From the IMG/VR virus record IMGVR_UViG_3300010233_000001: DNA of 64,000 nt; one strand, 5' to 3'. Below, piece by piece: positions 50,757 through 61,399 of the stretch. The translations under genes were made by a program, and so were the position numbers. The notes under the pieces are model-generated. The model did no database searches. It saw only the letters and a list, made by a program, of their open reading frames with translations, and was not told where the DNA came from. Numbering within the stretch: the first letter of the stretch is position 1; each line of letters begins with the position of its first letter. The DNA comes from an uncultured virus (IMG/VR IMGVR_UViG_3300010233_000001). Taxonomy: Duplodnaviria > Heunggongvirae > Uroviricota > Caudoviricetes.

Positions 50757-51403
50757 CAGTATAACTTCTCAAAAGAAAGGGATCTGTCCCTTTTCCCTGT
50801 CAACTCAACCGGAGGCATATCATCCATTTTTATTTGCTGATGGCTATAATTTTACCATCGGAAGTTTGTAAGACTTTACAAATGGTTTCATCAATTTTAT
50901 GATGACCCAAGATTTTCTCATCACCATCTATAGATGCGATGTCTAAATCCCATTCATCGGGAGAGGAAACCTTCCACTCACCGGAACCTTTGTAGACAAA
51001 GGTATAAGCCACGCCAGACATTTTCTCTCCAATTACATATGATATGGAAGGCACTTGTAACAGTTGCAGGAAATCATACAGAACTTCTGACGAAGCTCAA
51101 TAGGTTTCTCTGCCTCTTTACGGAAGAAGGCTTCCACTAAACAAGGATGATCCTTAGGCCCAGGTTGCTTAACCTTCTCAAGCCAATCTTGATACTGTTC
51201 AGCGGTCAAGGTCTCTTGGATGCAGTCTTGTAATCTTTTTAGATCGAATGTCATATTAGTAATCGTCGTGTAAATACTGAATTTGCTTATTCTTTCCGTT
51301 CTTTCTTTTGTCTTTCTTAGGACGGATCTCACCAGCCTTCCTGTTCTTAGCAGGAAGCGCATAAGCATTGCGTGTTTTAGCTGGAGTTTTCATTGAAGTA
51401 ACT

Positions 51404-51489
51404 TGGTAGCAGCGGTGGGACTCGAACCCACAATCCCTTACGGGCCGGAGTTTTTAAGACTCCTGCGTATGCCGTTCCGCCACGCTGCC
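51404..51489 (-). tRNA. tRNA-Leu(TAA)
   Basis: GGAGT-CTTAAAA-ACTCC, variable arm, CCA. Confidence 0.92.
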
Positions 51490-51519
51490 ATAAATGGCCC
51501 ACTGCTATATTGTAGTACC

Positions 51520-51593
51520 TGGCTGGGACACAGGGGCTCGAACCCCGATTCACGGATTCAAAGTCCGCTGTCCTACCATTGGACGATATCCCA
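51520..51593 (-). tRNA. tRNA-Gln(TTG)
   Basis: GCGGA-CTTTGAA-TCCGT, G-CCA. Confidence 0.92.
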
Positions 51594-51893
51594 GTAAATG
51601 GTAGTGCAATCTATATATCGTCTTATTACCTTATTTGACGGCCTGAACGGCTTGTTTAAGGGCATCCATCTTCTTCATCATGATGGGGACCGTCTTGAAG
51701 GAAAACTGAGGCCAGAAGGTTAGGATATCTTTAGAGTAAAGAAGGACTAACTCCAGGGCCTCAGCTCGATCATTCTGACGTTCTGGTGGTAAAGGGTTAT
51801 CCTTACCACAACCTTCGCACATGACTGCCTGATCACCGGGGGCATATTGTCGCCCACAAGAACAGAAACGATTGTGATAAGTTTTCATAACGA

Positions 51894-52274
51894 TTACTTG
51901 ACCTCGACAACTGCTCCAGCAGCCGTGAACTTGGCTACTACATCATCAGCATCAGCCTTTGAGAGGCCATCCTTAATGAGCTTAGGCGCGCCCTCCACGA
52001 AGTCCTTAGACTCTTTGAGAGGAAGTCCTAGATACTCTCGAACCAGTTTGATGGTATTCATCTTAGCAGCCGCAGAAACGGGCTGAAGCCAAACAGCAAA
52101 TTCAGTTTGAACTTCCTGCTTGACACTATCATTTGCTCCAGGAGGAAAGGCGACAGTTTGTGGTGTGGCAGAAACTCCCCAATGTTGTTCTAGTTGCTTG
52201 GTCAGTGCGACCAATTCAGGGATAGTAAGTTGTCCGAGCTGTTCGGTGAGTTGTTCTTGTGTAAACTTTTCCAT
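51894..52274 (-). CDS. rplL: Ribosomal protein bL12 (L7/L12)
   Basis: LTIPELVALTKQLEQHWGVSA...IKLVREYLGLPLKESKDFVEGAPK...AGAVVEVK. Confidence 0.93.
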   Translation of the reverse strand: MEKFTQEQLTEQLGQLTIPELVALTKQLEQHWGVSATPQTVAFPPGANDSVKQEVQTEFAVWLQPVSAAAKMNTIKLVREYLGLPLKESKDFVEGAPKLIKDGLSKADADDVVAKFTAAGAVVEVK

Positions 52275-53702
52275 GATGAACCTTTATTTGTTTTTGAGAA
52301 TCCAGAAGTTAGTTGGCTTACCAGTCACCCAAAGCTTGAGATAGCGTAGATAATGCAAGGCCCCGTGCCAGGCTGTTAAGGGGGATGTCAGCCACAGTAA
52401 AATCCTAAATTGCAATAGGTGCAGAGCATCACCTTCAGTAGCTCTGATACTATCAATTAAGAAGATAATAGTTCCTATAATATAAGAACCGATAATATAA
52501 TATAACATTTACTTCTTTACCTATTATATAGTATTCATTTGTCGTCAGAGCCGCGCATCTCTTCTGATGTTAACCAATTGTTGGTATTATGTTCTAGATA
52601 CCATGAAGGGGTTGCCAGACATAGTTCATATTTACTGTTAACAATAACCAGATACAGTAATTAAATGGCCACCATTATTTTGTTCAGTAATAGAGTCAAC
52701 TGAACCATTGTTACAATTAGACTTAAAGTAAGCGATGCATTTTTGCTTTTCAGAACGAGAACAAAAGGCCATTCCATATACTTTGCCATAGCTATAATCT
52801 TTGACAAAATCATTATCATCATTGACATGACAAGACATGACGGTAAACATAGTTAATATAAGTGCCATATACTTCATTATTGCTCCATTATACATTCTTA
52901 GTATCCATGACGGCATCCCCAACAAATGAATTCTTTTTCATTTTCTGGTGGTTCGGCATATGGATAGAATGTTTTGCATTTTCGGCACGAACATCCGTCA
53001 GAATGATTTTTCTTTTTGGGCTCGTAAACTGGATCAATTTCCATTATTTGGGGATCAGAAGTTGGAGCTGCTATGATGGTAGGCCATGGTATGGTGATCC
53101 ACGTGCCTGGTGTATAAATGTTGCTCATAAAGGCCTCCTTGATGAAGGCTTATATAGCAACACTATTTCTTATTAAAATCGGAAGGTAAAGGCTCCCATA
53201 TTTCTGGATGAAAAATCTTGTCGTAGATCGCTGTCACTGGAAGCAAGTAGAGATACAGATAAGTACTTAATGGTACGTGATCTCTATATTCTGACGTCCT
53301 GATAAAAAGGCATGCTACGAACCAGATGACTGTCCACAGTCCAATCAGTGATAATCCAATGACGAATAAAATATGCATAGCGTGCTATTATTCCTCATCT
53401 TCTGGGTCATCTTCAAAAGAATTGTGATCGTCGTCAATTTCTTCGTCTTCCTCACTATCGAATGGAGATAGCTCCCCATCATCTTCTTGAGTTAATCCTG
53501 TGTAAATAATAATCTGACCATGACTATCAGTTTCAATAGAATATCCAGCCGGCAAGATTTCATCCAGGGCTTCCTCTAAAGATTCTAAATCCATCACAAA
53601 CTCCATAATATGTATGAAAGGGGTGCAAGTTTTCCTGCTAGAATCTTTCGTTCCTGCTACTAAACTTGCAAACTCGCAGTCTCTTTTAGATACGAAGAAT
53701 GA

Positions 53703-54773
53703 TTACGCACTCTTCTTGGCTGGCGCCTCTTTCGAAACGCCTCCACCCTTGCCTTTGACGACAAAGAGAAGATTAGCTTTCGTTTGTCCGGTTACGTAGG
53801 CATGCACACGGTCCGAAAGAACCTTGAAGGTCTCCGGAGTGGCGCCCATCTTCTGAACTGCAAGGCTCAGAAGAGCGGGCATCGGAATGCGACCAGGGTG
53901 CAGGTCAAGCACTGCATTAACAGCCTCGACAATCTGCTCCGCAGGAACTTCATTCTCCGCCGACCATTCTGTCAAAGCCTTGGCATAGGCATTAGCAGAA
54001 GCTGCCACGTCAATCGACCCATCTGTTCCACGTTGTGTATACTTATCCATTTTGATTTCTCTACTTAGAAACTTGTTTCGTAACAATATGGCTCTTGCAT
54101 TATTGCTTGAGCCATACTAGCCCGACTATTAAGTCGAGCCAGCATTATCGCCGCTCTGCGGCTGAGCACTAGTATCGGCACCGTCGGCCGACTTGTCAAC
54201 GGCCTTGCGCCTCGATCGTTTGCACAATCTCCTCGAACGACGGTCGCCCGTCCAAAACCGTAACCTTTTCCGAGAGGCCCTTATTTTCCAATAGATAGAC
54301 CTCAGTTTGTTTGGTGAGCTGCTTAGCCCAGTATAGCTTGTTTTTGTGTTCGAACTTAAAACTCATTTGATTTTCCTTTATGGTCAGATATGTTTATCGA
54401 ATAACAAACAAATTGAACTGTAAAGTTTACCTTATTAAACATGGTAAGATTTGGGTAGACGTTACTTAAGCGCCTCTTCGAGAGGCTTTTTGATCTCCTC
54501 TTCATTTACAGGAGATGAAGGTAGAGGTCTATATAAACCTCCATGGGCTCCTTTTCTAACCAAAATACCGGGGTAACCTTTGAAAAGAGTTTGTAGCTGT
54601 GGGTAGAGTTGCGGCCCGGTCATCCCTTGCTCTTTAGCAAGCTCTTTAGCTAATTCAGTTGCCGGAATTTTGTCACCAGGCTTGATTGCTTCGATACGAA
54701 CCGCTGCTTTTGTGAAGAGATTCCGCACCTCATTAAGTGAATCTTCAATGTGCTTAAGAACTTTGTCATCCAT
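53703..54773 (-). CDS. Two small proteins with a wing-like KGxxGG motif (53703-54086 and 54462-54773)
   Basis: VVKGKGGGV and VRKGAHGGL. Confidence 0.5.
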
Positions 54774-55293
54774 AATTTAATCTCCTGAACTAATCAAATG
54801 TATCTATGTTTTCTATAAATGAGAGTCGCCTATTCAGCGATGAGTGGCTCGATGTTTTAGAAGTTTATCTTCACGAAGCCAGAGGTTAGCGGCCTTGCGT
54901 GCACGTGTAGGTGCCAGGGGATCATTTTTAATGTTTTCCATTACTAACTGAGTGATGGCTTTTCTGTGAGGTGTAGAGTCACGCATTGTCAATGAGATTG
55001 GACTCTCTACCAAACGTCCCAGTGCCAATTGTCGGGCCATTTTTCTATCGAACTTGTCAAGTGGATTGAGAACAGACATCTGATATGTAATCGTAGTATA
55101 CCCACCATTTCTTCCAACATTAGATTCTGCCTTAATGGCAAGACAACCAATAGCTTGACCTTTACTATCCCTCAGAAACTGAATACGATGTTCCATGATT
55201 TAATTTCTTTCTTGTTAGCAGACGATATTTTAGCAAACGGCAGTCATTGCTGATATATGAATTGGATGGCATCCATAGGTCAAGTCATATTGA

Positions 55294-55812
55294 CTAGCAT
55301 ACGGCACTGTGTTCCCATCCACCGTATCCATATTCATTAGAAGATCCCGTGATCTCATTGATAAACGAGAGATCAACATTCGGGAACTTCTCTTCCATAG
55401 TATCGGGACTGTAACTCTGGCTGAGAAACGAGATATTAGAATCAAAAGGAACCCCATACTTTTCAGAGATGTCGCAAGCCTCGCTCAAAGCTGTTTCGGC
55501 TTCTGCCACTTTGGCATGAATCAGTTTGAGAGCTTTGCTGGCTGTCTGACGGAACTGCTTCTCCAGGTCAGAATCTTCCTCGTCAAGATCGTCGATGTCC
55601 ACTGCATCAGTGGTACCATCATCCCAATTGACATTGGCATAGGTAATGAAGTCCAGTCGATCAGTCTCGGTATACTTACTGGAATCGTACCAGTCACAAG
55701 GCTTAGGTTTCTTGGGAGGAAGAATTGACTCGACGGTTCCGCCGGTAATCTCATCGGTATCATCATCTAACCACTGACATCGGTTGCCCACGCTAAAGCT
55801 ATTACTGCTCAT
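55294..55812 (-). CDS. SH3-like plus GWxxSxxC-terminal family protein
   Basis: FSVGNRC...VNWDDG...GGWEHSAVC. Confidence 0.6.
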   Translation of the reverse strand: MSSNSFSVGNRCQWLDDDTDEITGGTVESILPPKKPKPCDWYDSSKYTETDRLDFITYANVNWDDGTTDAVDIDDLDEEDSDLEKQFRQTASKALKLIHAKVAEAETALSEACDISEKYGVPFDSNISFLSQSYSPDTMEEKFPNVDLSFINEITGSSNEYGYGGWEHSAVC

Positions 55813-56389
55813 TCTGTAACTCCTTTGATTTATTGATAGCCGCAATCAAATCGGCTTTGAACTCTTCGTATATTTTGCCAGTAGAACCATTACGAAGAAC
55901 ATATGAAGGATGCCAAGTCGGCATGATCAACGTAGTCTTGCTGGCAGTGTGATGTTTGTAAAACTTACCACGCAACTTAGTCATGGAGTTTTCCACAAGC
56001 ACAAGTGCTGAGGTGGCAGTGGCTCCCAAAGTAACGATGACTTTAGGATTGACTACCTCCAACTGTTCTTCTAGGTAAGGCATACAAGAATTAGTTTCTT
56101 CTTCGGTAGGCTTACGATTATTAGGTGGCTGGCACTTGATAATGTTGGCTACGTAGATGTCTTTAGAGACATCTAATCCGACTTCGGTGAGAACCTCATC
56201 CAAAAGTTTACCAGACCTACCCACAAAAGGAATGCCTTGTTCGTCCTCTTCTTGACCGGGAGCTTCTCCCAACACGCAAAGAGAAGCAGCAGGATTGCCT
56301 CGTGAGAACACCGTATTAGTTCTAGTGACATGGAGCCCGCACTTAGTGCAGGACTTGACTTCTTCCTGAATGACATCGAGGTTTCTCAT
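55802..56389 (-). CDS. Uracil-DNA glycosylase family 4
   Basis: CTKCGL, GEAPGQEED..G.PFVGRSG, KCQPPNNR, TWHPSY. Confidence 0.93.
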   Translation of the reverse strand: MRNLDVIQEEVKSCTKCGLHVTRTNTVFSRGNPAASLCVLGEAPGQEEDEQGIPFVGRSGKLLDEVLTEVGLDVSKDIYVANIIKCQPPNNRKPTEEETNSCMPYLEEQLEVVNPKVIVTLGATATSALVLVENSMTKLRGKFYKHHTASKTTLIMPTWHPSYVLRNGSTGKIYEEFKADLIAAINKSKELQNEQ

Positions 56390-56908
56390 TGGCTAAGTGC
56401 CTTGTTGACAATCTCAACAATCTCATAGTACCCTTGTCTATAGGCCATAGAACTGATCTTCTCTAAGGCTTCTTCAAGCTTAGTAATACGAATCTCTTTA
56501 GGATTCTCAACTGCCACGAAGCTACCTGTAGTATAGGTTCCGCAACCGGAACATCGAAAACCTTCTCCTACTTTGTGAAAGATATCGCAACCTTCTACAT
56601 AGCAATCACAAAAGAATTTCCTATCCCCGAATCTTAGTTCAACACTCATACTTCCACCTTCAGAGAATTGAGGGCATGACGGTGGGCAGCGATGTCGGTG
56701 TAAAGAAAGGTAAGTGTGCGAAGAGTATCCAACACATGAATGTTAGTTAGAGCCACGCCCTGACTGACATAGTAAGCATAATCTCTAGCCTTCTCGTTAT
56801 ACTTACCCTCTAGGTATTCTATCTGATGTTTCAACCAACCAACTGAGAAGTCTACCGATGGTTTGCCCTGAGGATACTCTTTGGTTCGGGTTTTGTTTCT
56901 TACTTTTT

Positions 56909-57517
56909 TCATGGCCCGAACGGCTCTCCTTTGAGCATCGCGATGACGAATTCAGTTTCAGAAATAGATTCCTCAACGGTTCCGTTGGTATAGATAACCC
57001 AATCTGCCAGAGCAATCTTCTTGTCGGTCGGCATCTGAGCCTCAATCCTAGCCATTGACTCCTCAAGAGTCAAGCAGTTGCGCTTCATCAAGCGAGCCAG
57101 TTGAGTTTCTTGCTTACAAGCTACTACCACCAGGGGACGATACTTGTCAGCATGCCCCATCTCACATAGGAGAGCGGCATCATAACCCACAATCTCGTTA
57201 CCTTCATCATGAAGCTTTTTGATCTGAGCGGTAGACTCATCATTGATCAGGGGAAGCATCAACTGATCCATCTCAGAGCGAGCTTGCCGATCTGAGAAGA
57301 CTAGCTTAGCCAGCTTAGGACGATTGAGAGTCTGGTCATCCAAGAGGTATTCTATCCCAAAGGTAGCGCGAATCCGTTCCCAGCCCTTGGTTCCTACCTC
57401 CACCACCTGACGAGCTACAATGTCAGCATCCACCATAGGAATACCATGAGCCCGGAAGGTCTTAGTGACTGTGCTTTTACCAGAGGCGATGCCCCCAGTG
57501 AGTCCGAAAGTAATCAT
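56909..57517 (-). CDS. coaE: Dephospho-CoA kinase
   Basis: GLTGGIASGKSTV...DADIVARQVV...LNRPKLAKLVF...ARIEAQMP. Confidence 0.92.
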   Translation of the reverse strand: MITFGLTGGIASGKSTVTKTFRAHGIPMVDADIVARQVVEVGTKGWERIRATFGIEYLLDDQTLNRPKLAKLVFSDRQARSEMDQLMLPLINDESTAQIKKLHDEGNEIVGYDAALLCEMGHADKYRPLVVVACKQETQLARLMKRNCLTLEESMARIEAQMPTDKKIALADWVIYTNGTVEESISETEFVIAMLKGEPFGP

Positions 57518-58782
57518 TGCATCCCTCGATTAGAACGACACACATGCAAATCCTGTTTGCACAGGGCTTCCCATTTGGACCAACCAATCTTGATATCTTC
57601 GGCCTTGTTACCATCATACGCATACAGACAGTCGTGCATGTTACGCTGACAAGCGCAAGGAGTTTTAGGCTCAGACACTCCGCAAGCCGCAGTGATAAGG
57701 AAGAGGGTAATAAGAAGAGCTTTCATGTGTAGTATCCTCGAATAAGATCGTAAGCTGCTCCTGCATTCTGCGGTTTGCGCAGGCAAACTTCCAAGAAAAG
57801 TTCTCGCAGATTGAGATCGAATTCAGTTTGATACAGGCAGCGTTCGCTTTTTGGATTAGCCTTGAAGCCTGCCAGTTCGGCCAGTTTGCAACGGAGCGGC
57901 CATTGCTTGATGATTCGTTCGTTAGTTTTTTCTAGCTCACCTTTAGGGTAAGGAACCGGATCTTCTATCCTGGAAATAAGACGCTCTAGCTTGCGAACTC
58001 GTTCGGCAAGTGCCTCAAACTGATCTTGTTCTTCCTTAGTCATAGTCTTTCGCCATGTAAAATAGAACGCCGGTTTGAGGCACCGGCAAGCCTTTAGGGC
58101 CTGATCGAAATCATGCCTCCACCACCATCGAAGCGTCGCTTCAATGGGATTGAACCCGCACTTACTCGTTTCCCAGCTGTGAATTATGTTGTTATGAGTC
58201 TGAACCTTGACTACATCATCCTTTTTGAACCAATATGTTTGAATCCAAATCTGATCCACTCCTTCTTTATACTCGTCTCCATCGTAATAGAAGATTTTGT
58301 AAGAGAGGTGCCTGAGTTTCTTGGCCACGATTGCCTTTATGTTAATAGCGCATGTTAGAGCACTTTCTAAGGTGAATGAAGAGAGAAACGATGAAGTAGC
58401 ATCCTACGAATCCAATGGCGAATCCCATACCAACTCTAATCCCGAGGCTGGGAAAACTTAGGTCATAAAGCGTGCCAATGATGACTGCACACACACATAC
58501 AGGAAGTAGCATCAGGAAGGCCTTCATGCTGTTGGAAAGTTTGATCTCAGGCATCTTGAATTCTCGTTTAGGTTTCGGTTGCTTGATTGGTTCTGATTGT
58601 GGAAAAGGATCCGCAGTTCGATACGGCCCAGCATCAGGAACATTGATAGGTGCCATGGCATTAGTTCGACCTATGAACTGACGTGAAAAGAACAGTCCAA
58701 TGCTAGGAGCTAACACAAGTAGCAAAGTTACAAGGGACATGCTTATCCTCAGTGCTCAATATTTTTATGAATGGGTCGCGGC

Positions 58783-58798
58783 TGGCACGATCGTTGCA
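58783..58798 (+). promoter_or_regulatory. Sigma54 (-24/-12) consensus site
   Basis: TGGCACGATCGTTGCA in an intergenic gap. Confidence 0.55.
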
Positions 58799-59401
58799 CG
58801 ACGTTTTATATAGCGCGCCCGTGCACGTACCTATTACTATGGTACGTGTAAATCTGTTACAAATATATTAGTCTTCTTCAGGCTCATCTAAACGAATACC
58901 GTTCTCATCAAACAACTCTGGGAACATAATATAGTCTATCTCGCCACACAAAACGCAATGCTTGCAGTAAGAGCGGCCATGCTCACAGTTGTCCGTATCA
59001 TCACGAAGAGCGTTATACAAACGCTCTTGTGCGTTCTCATCTTTGGAATTCATTAGACTATTGATCAGAGTCAAGCGCTCCTTCTTCTTGACTTCTCTAG
59101 CTTGAGTAATGATTTGCTGTTCAGGATTGAGTCGAGAGATACGCTCTTGAATGAAAGCTTTATACTGCTCATTGGTTAGATGAGAAAGATACTCTTCGAA
59201 TTCTGAGGGAGTCATATTAGTTTACATCCTTGAAAAGGATACAGAACGCCGTCACTGCCAAAACCAACAACATGTTGGAAATAGCAAGAACTGCGTAGGC
59301 GATGCGCCAGGGAATATTCTTTTCTTTCCAGGCGGCTCGGGTCAGTAGCAGTCCAGAGAGTAGTCCAGTGAAGTAACAGATAAGAATGATTTCCATTGAA
59401 T

Positions 59402-59807
59402 TTACTCCTGGGCAGGATGTGTGAAAGGTCCGCTGCACGGCTCTGCAAAGACAACCTTTCCCTCATCTTCAAAAATCTGTTTGACACGAGCTTTAGCCCT
59501 GTCCTCTGCATCTGGTGTGCGAATGGTTCCTATATTCTTTTTACTTCCATCCGCAAGAAGTTCGTAGATACTCCAAGCATGAGGTAGTGCGGGAGGCAAA
59601 GCTCCGTTCGGCTTCCAACCATTCAGGCTAACCCAGCCAGAGCCAGCCAGAGACTACATTGTTTTCATCCACGATACGGAGGGGCTCAGCTTTACCATTG
59701 ACATCATGCATGCCATTGGCAAAGTCTTTAGCTTCCGCCACCGAAACGAAAGTATGGTTAGGGATAGAAACCCAATCGTTGTTTTGTTTACGCTGAAGAA
59801 AGAACAT
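59402..59807 (-). pseudogene. Small gene frameshifted by a 10-nt tandem duplication
   Basis: CCAGCCAGAG x2 at 59633-59652; removing one copy fuses MFFLQRK... to ...LPPALPHAW. Confidence 0.6.
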
Positions 59808-59820
59808 ATTGATTTCCTTA

Positions 59821-59853
59821 TGGTGGGTCCTGCGGGGCTCGAACCCGCAAACC
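59821..59853 (-). other. Isolated tRNA 3' fragment (T-arm, acceptor strand, CCA)
   Basis: GCGGG-TTCGAGC-CCCGC-AGGACCC-ACCA with no 5' half. Confidence 0.65.
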
Positions 59854-59858
59854 TATAG

Positions 59859-59931
59859 TGGGCTCGGTCAGGATCGAACTGACGACCTTGTGGTTAAAAG
59901 CCACTTGCTGCTGCCGCTGAGCTACGAGCCC
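59859..59931 (-). tRNA. tRNA-Lys(TTT)
   Basis: AGTGG-CTTTTAA-CCACA, GGGCTCG/CGAGCCC. Confidence 0.85.
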
Positions 59932-59978
59932 GCAAAATTATGATTGACCTGATATATAATAGTTGAAGGTAGGTTTTT

Positions 59979-60695
59979 ATGGGTACGAAAAGAAGTTGGA
60001 CGGATGATCGGTTAGTTGATGCGGTGGCAAAAAGCCGCTCCTATAGTGAGGTGTCTCGAAAGCTAGGACTCACTAATTATGGTGCTAACTCAAGAACAAT
60101 CAAGAAGCACATTGCAAGATTAGAAATTAGTGTGTCTCATTTCTTTAGTAAAGAAGAAAGTTTACAAGAGGCACGCAAACTATCTGTCGCGACACGCCTG
60201 ATGTCATACGAAGATATATTTATTGTTAATGATATTGACCGAGGAGTAATCAAAAGGGCGATCATCAGGGATGATTTGATACCCTATAAATGCGCAGTTT
60301 GCGGTATCGTTGAATGGAATGGGCAGCAATTATCATTGCATCTCGACCACATCAATGGTGTCAATAATGACAACCAATTAGAAAACCTGAGATTCCTTTG
60401 TCCTAACTGTCATTCATTGACTGACACTTATTGCGGCAAACAATTGCGTGGTAATGTCTACACTGAGCCAAACAAATGCAAAGATTGCGGTGCTATCGTT
60501 CACGACGATTCCACTTATTGTAGAAGTTGCGCCTCGTTCCACAACAATAAACCTAAGATTGACTGGCCGCCCACTTCAGAATTAGAAGTAATGGTGGAGA
60601 AATTAGGATATCGTGGAGTAGGCAAGAAACTGGGAGTAACTGATAACTCTGTTAAAAAGAGAATCAAGAATCATCCTGTTACTTCATCCCCATAA
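59979..60695 (+). CDS. HNH homing endonuclease, paralogue of 2308-3048
   Basis: CAVCG...LHLDHING..NDNQLENLRFLCPNCHS. Confidence 0.9.
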   Translation: MGTKRSWTDDRLVDAVAKSRSYSEVSRKLGLTNYGANSRTIKKHIARLEISVSHFFSKEESLQEARKLSVATRLMSYEDIFIVNDIDRGVIKRAIIRDDLIPYKCAVCGIVEWNGQQLSLHLDHINGVNNDNQLENLRFLCPNCHSLTDTYCGKQLRGNVYTEPNKCKDCGAIVHDDSTYCRSCASFHNNKPKIDWPPTSELEVMVEKLGYRGVGKKLGVTDNSVKKRIKNHPVTSSP

Positions 60696-61087
60696 TGGTA
60701 TGCTTGAAGTATGCTCGATACTCTTGCTCATTCATGCCGTCAGGCACCATGAACAGAAGGTGGCCGAAGTAAAAGGCAACTGCCAAACCAACTATAATCA
60801 TCATGACTCTTCGTTCTCGGGTAGATTCTGATTACACTTCTCGCACTTCCGCGCGACTGGGCGCGGGTTTCGATACGACCAAACGATTTGCCAGATAGTA
60901 AGAATGATAGCCGCTGGTATGAAAATTGCTATTCCCCATTGTGCAACTTCCATTGTTTCTTTGGGAAAGAGACTTCCTCCGATTAGAAGAGCAACCACCA
61001 CTGTAAGATAGAACGCCATGAATCGACCGGGGGTCTTCATGATAGTTCGTTTGAGAAAAGCATTCGGAGGAAACTTATCTTCGTGAC

Positions 61088-61399
61088 TCATTCTCCGCCA
61101 CCTATTTGTTGTTGTCTGATGCGCTCGATGGACTGAAGGGCTCGATTCATATACTCTACACGAGTGGCATTGGCACTATGAATGGTGACCATCGGAAGCG
61201 GGAAGGTATGATCGTTATAGATCACTTCCTCCAACCAATCGAGAACCTTATATCCTTCTTGCTGGCCTTCGCCCAGATCATTGTCCAAGCTAAGAAAAGT
61301 AACCTGCCTGGTCTTGAGAAGATCGATAGTCTCCTCAACCGTATACGTGCGTGTCCACTCACGGGGAGTCTCACGCAGGTCATCCATGTAAACTTTCAT
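61088..61399 (-). CDS. Cyclic-phosphate-processing receiver-like domain
   Basis: MKVYMDDLRETP..W...LSLDNDLG...GYKVLDWL...IHSAN. Confidence 0.8.
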   Translation of the reverse strand: MKVYMDDLRETPREWTRTYTVEETIDLLKTRQVTFLSLDNDLGEGQQEGYKVLDWLEEVIYNDHTFPLPMVTIHSANATRVEYMNRALQSIERIRQQQIGGGE

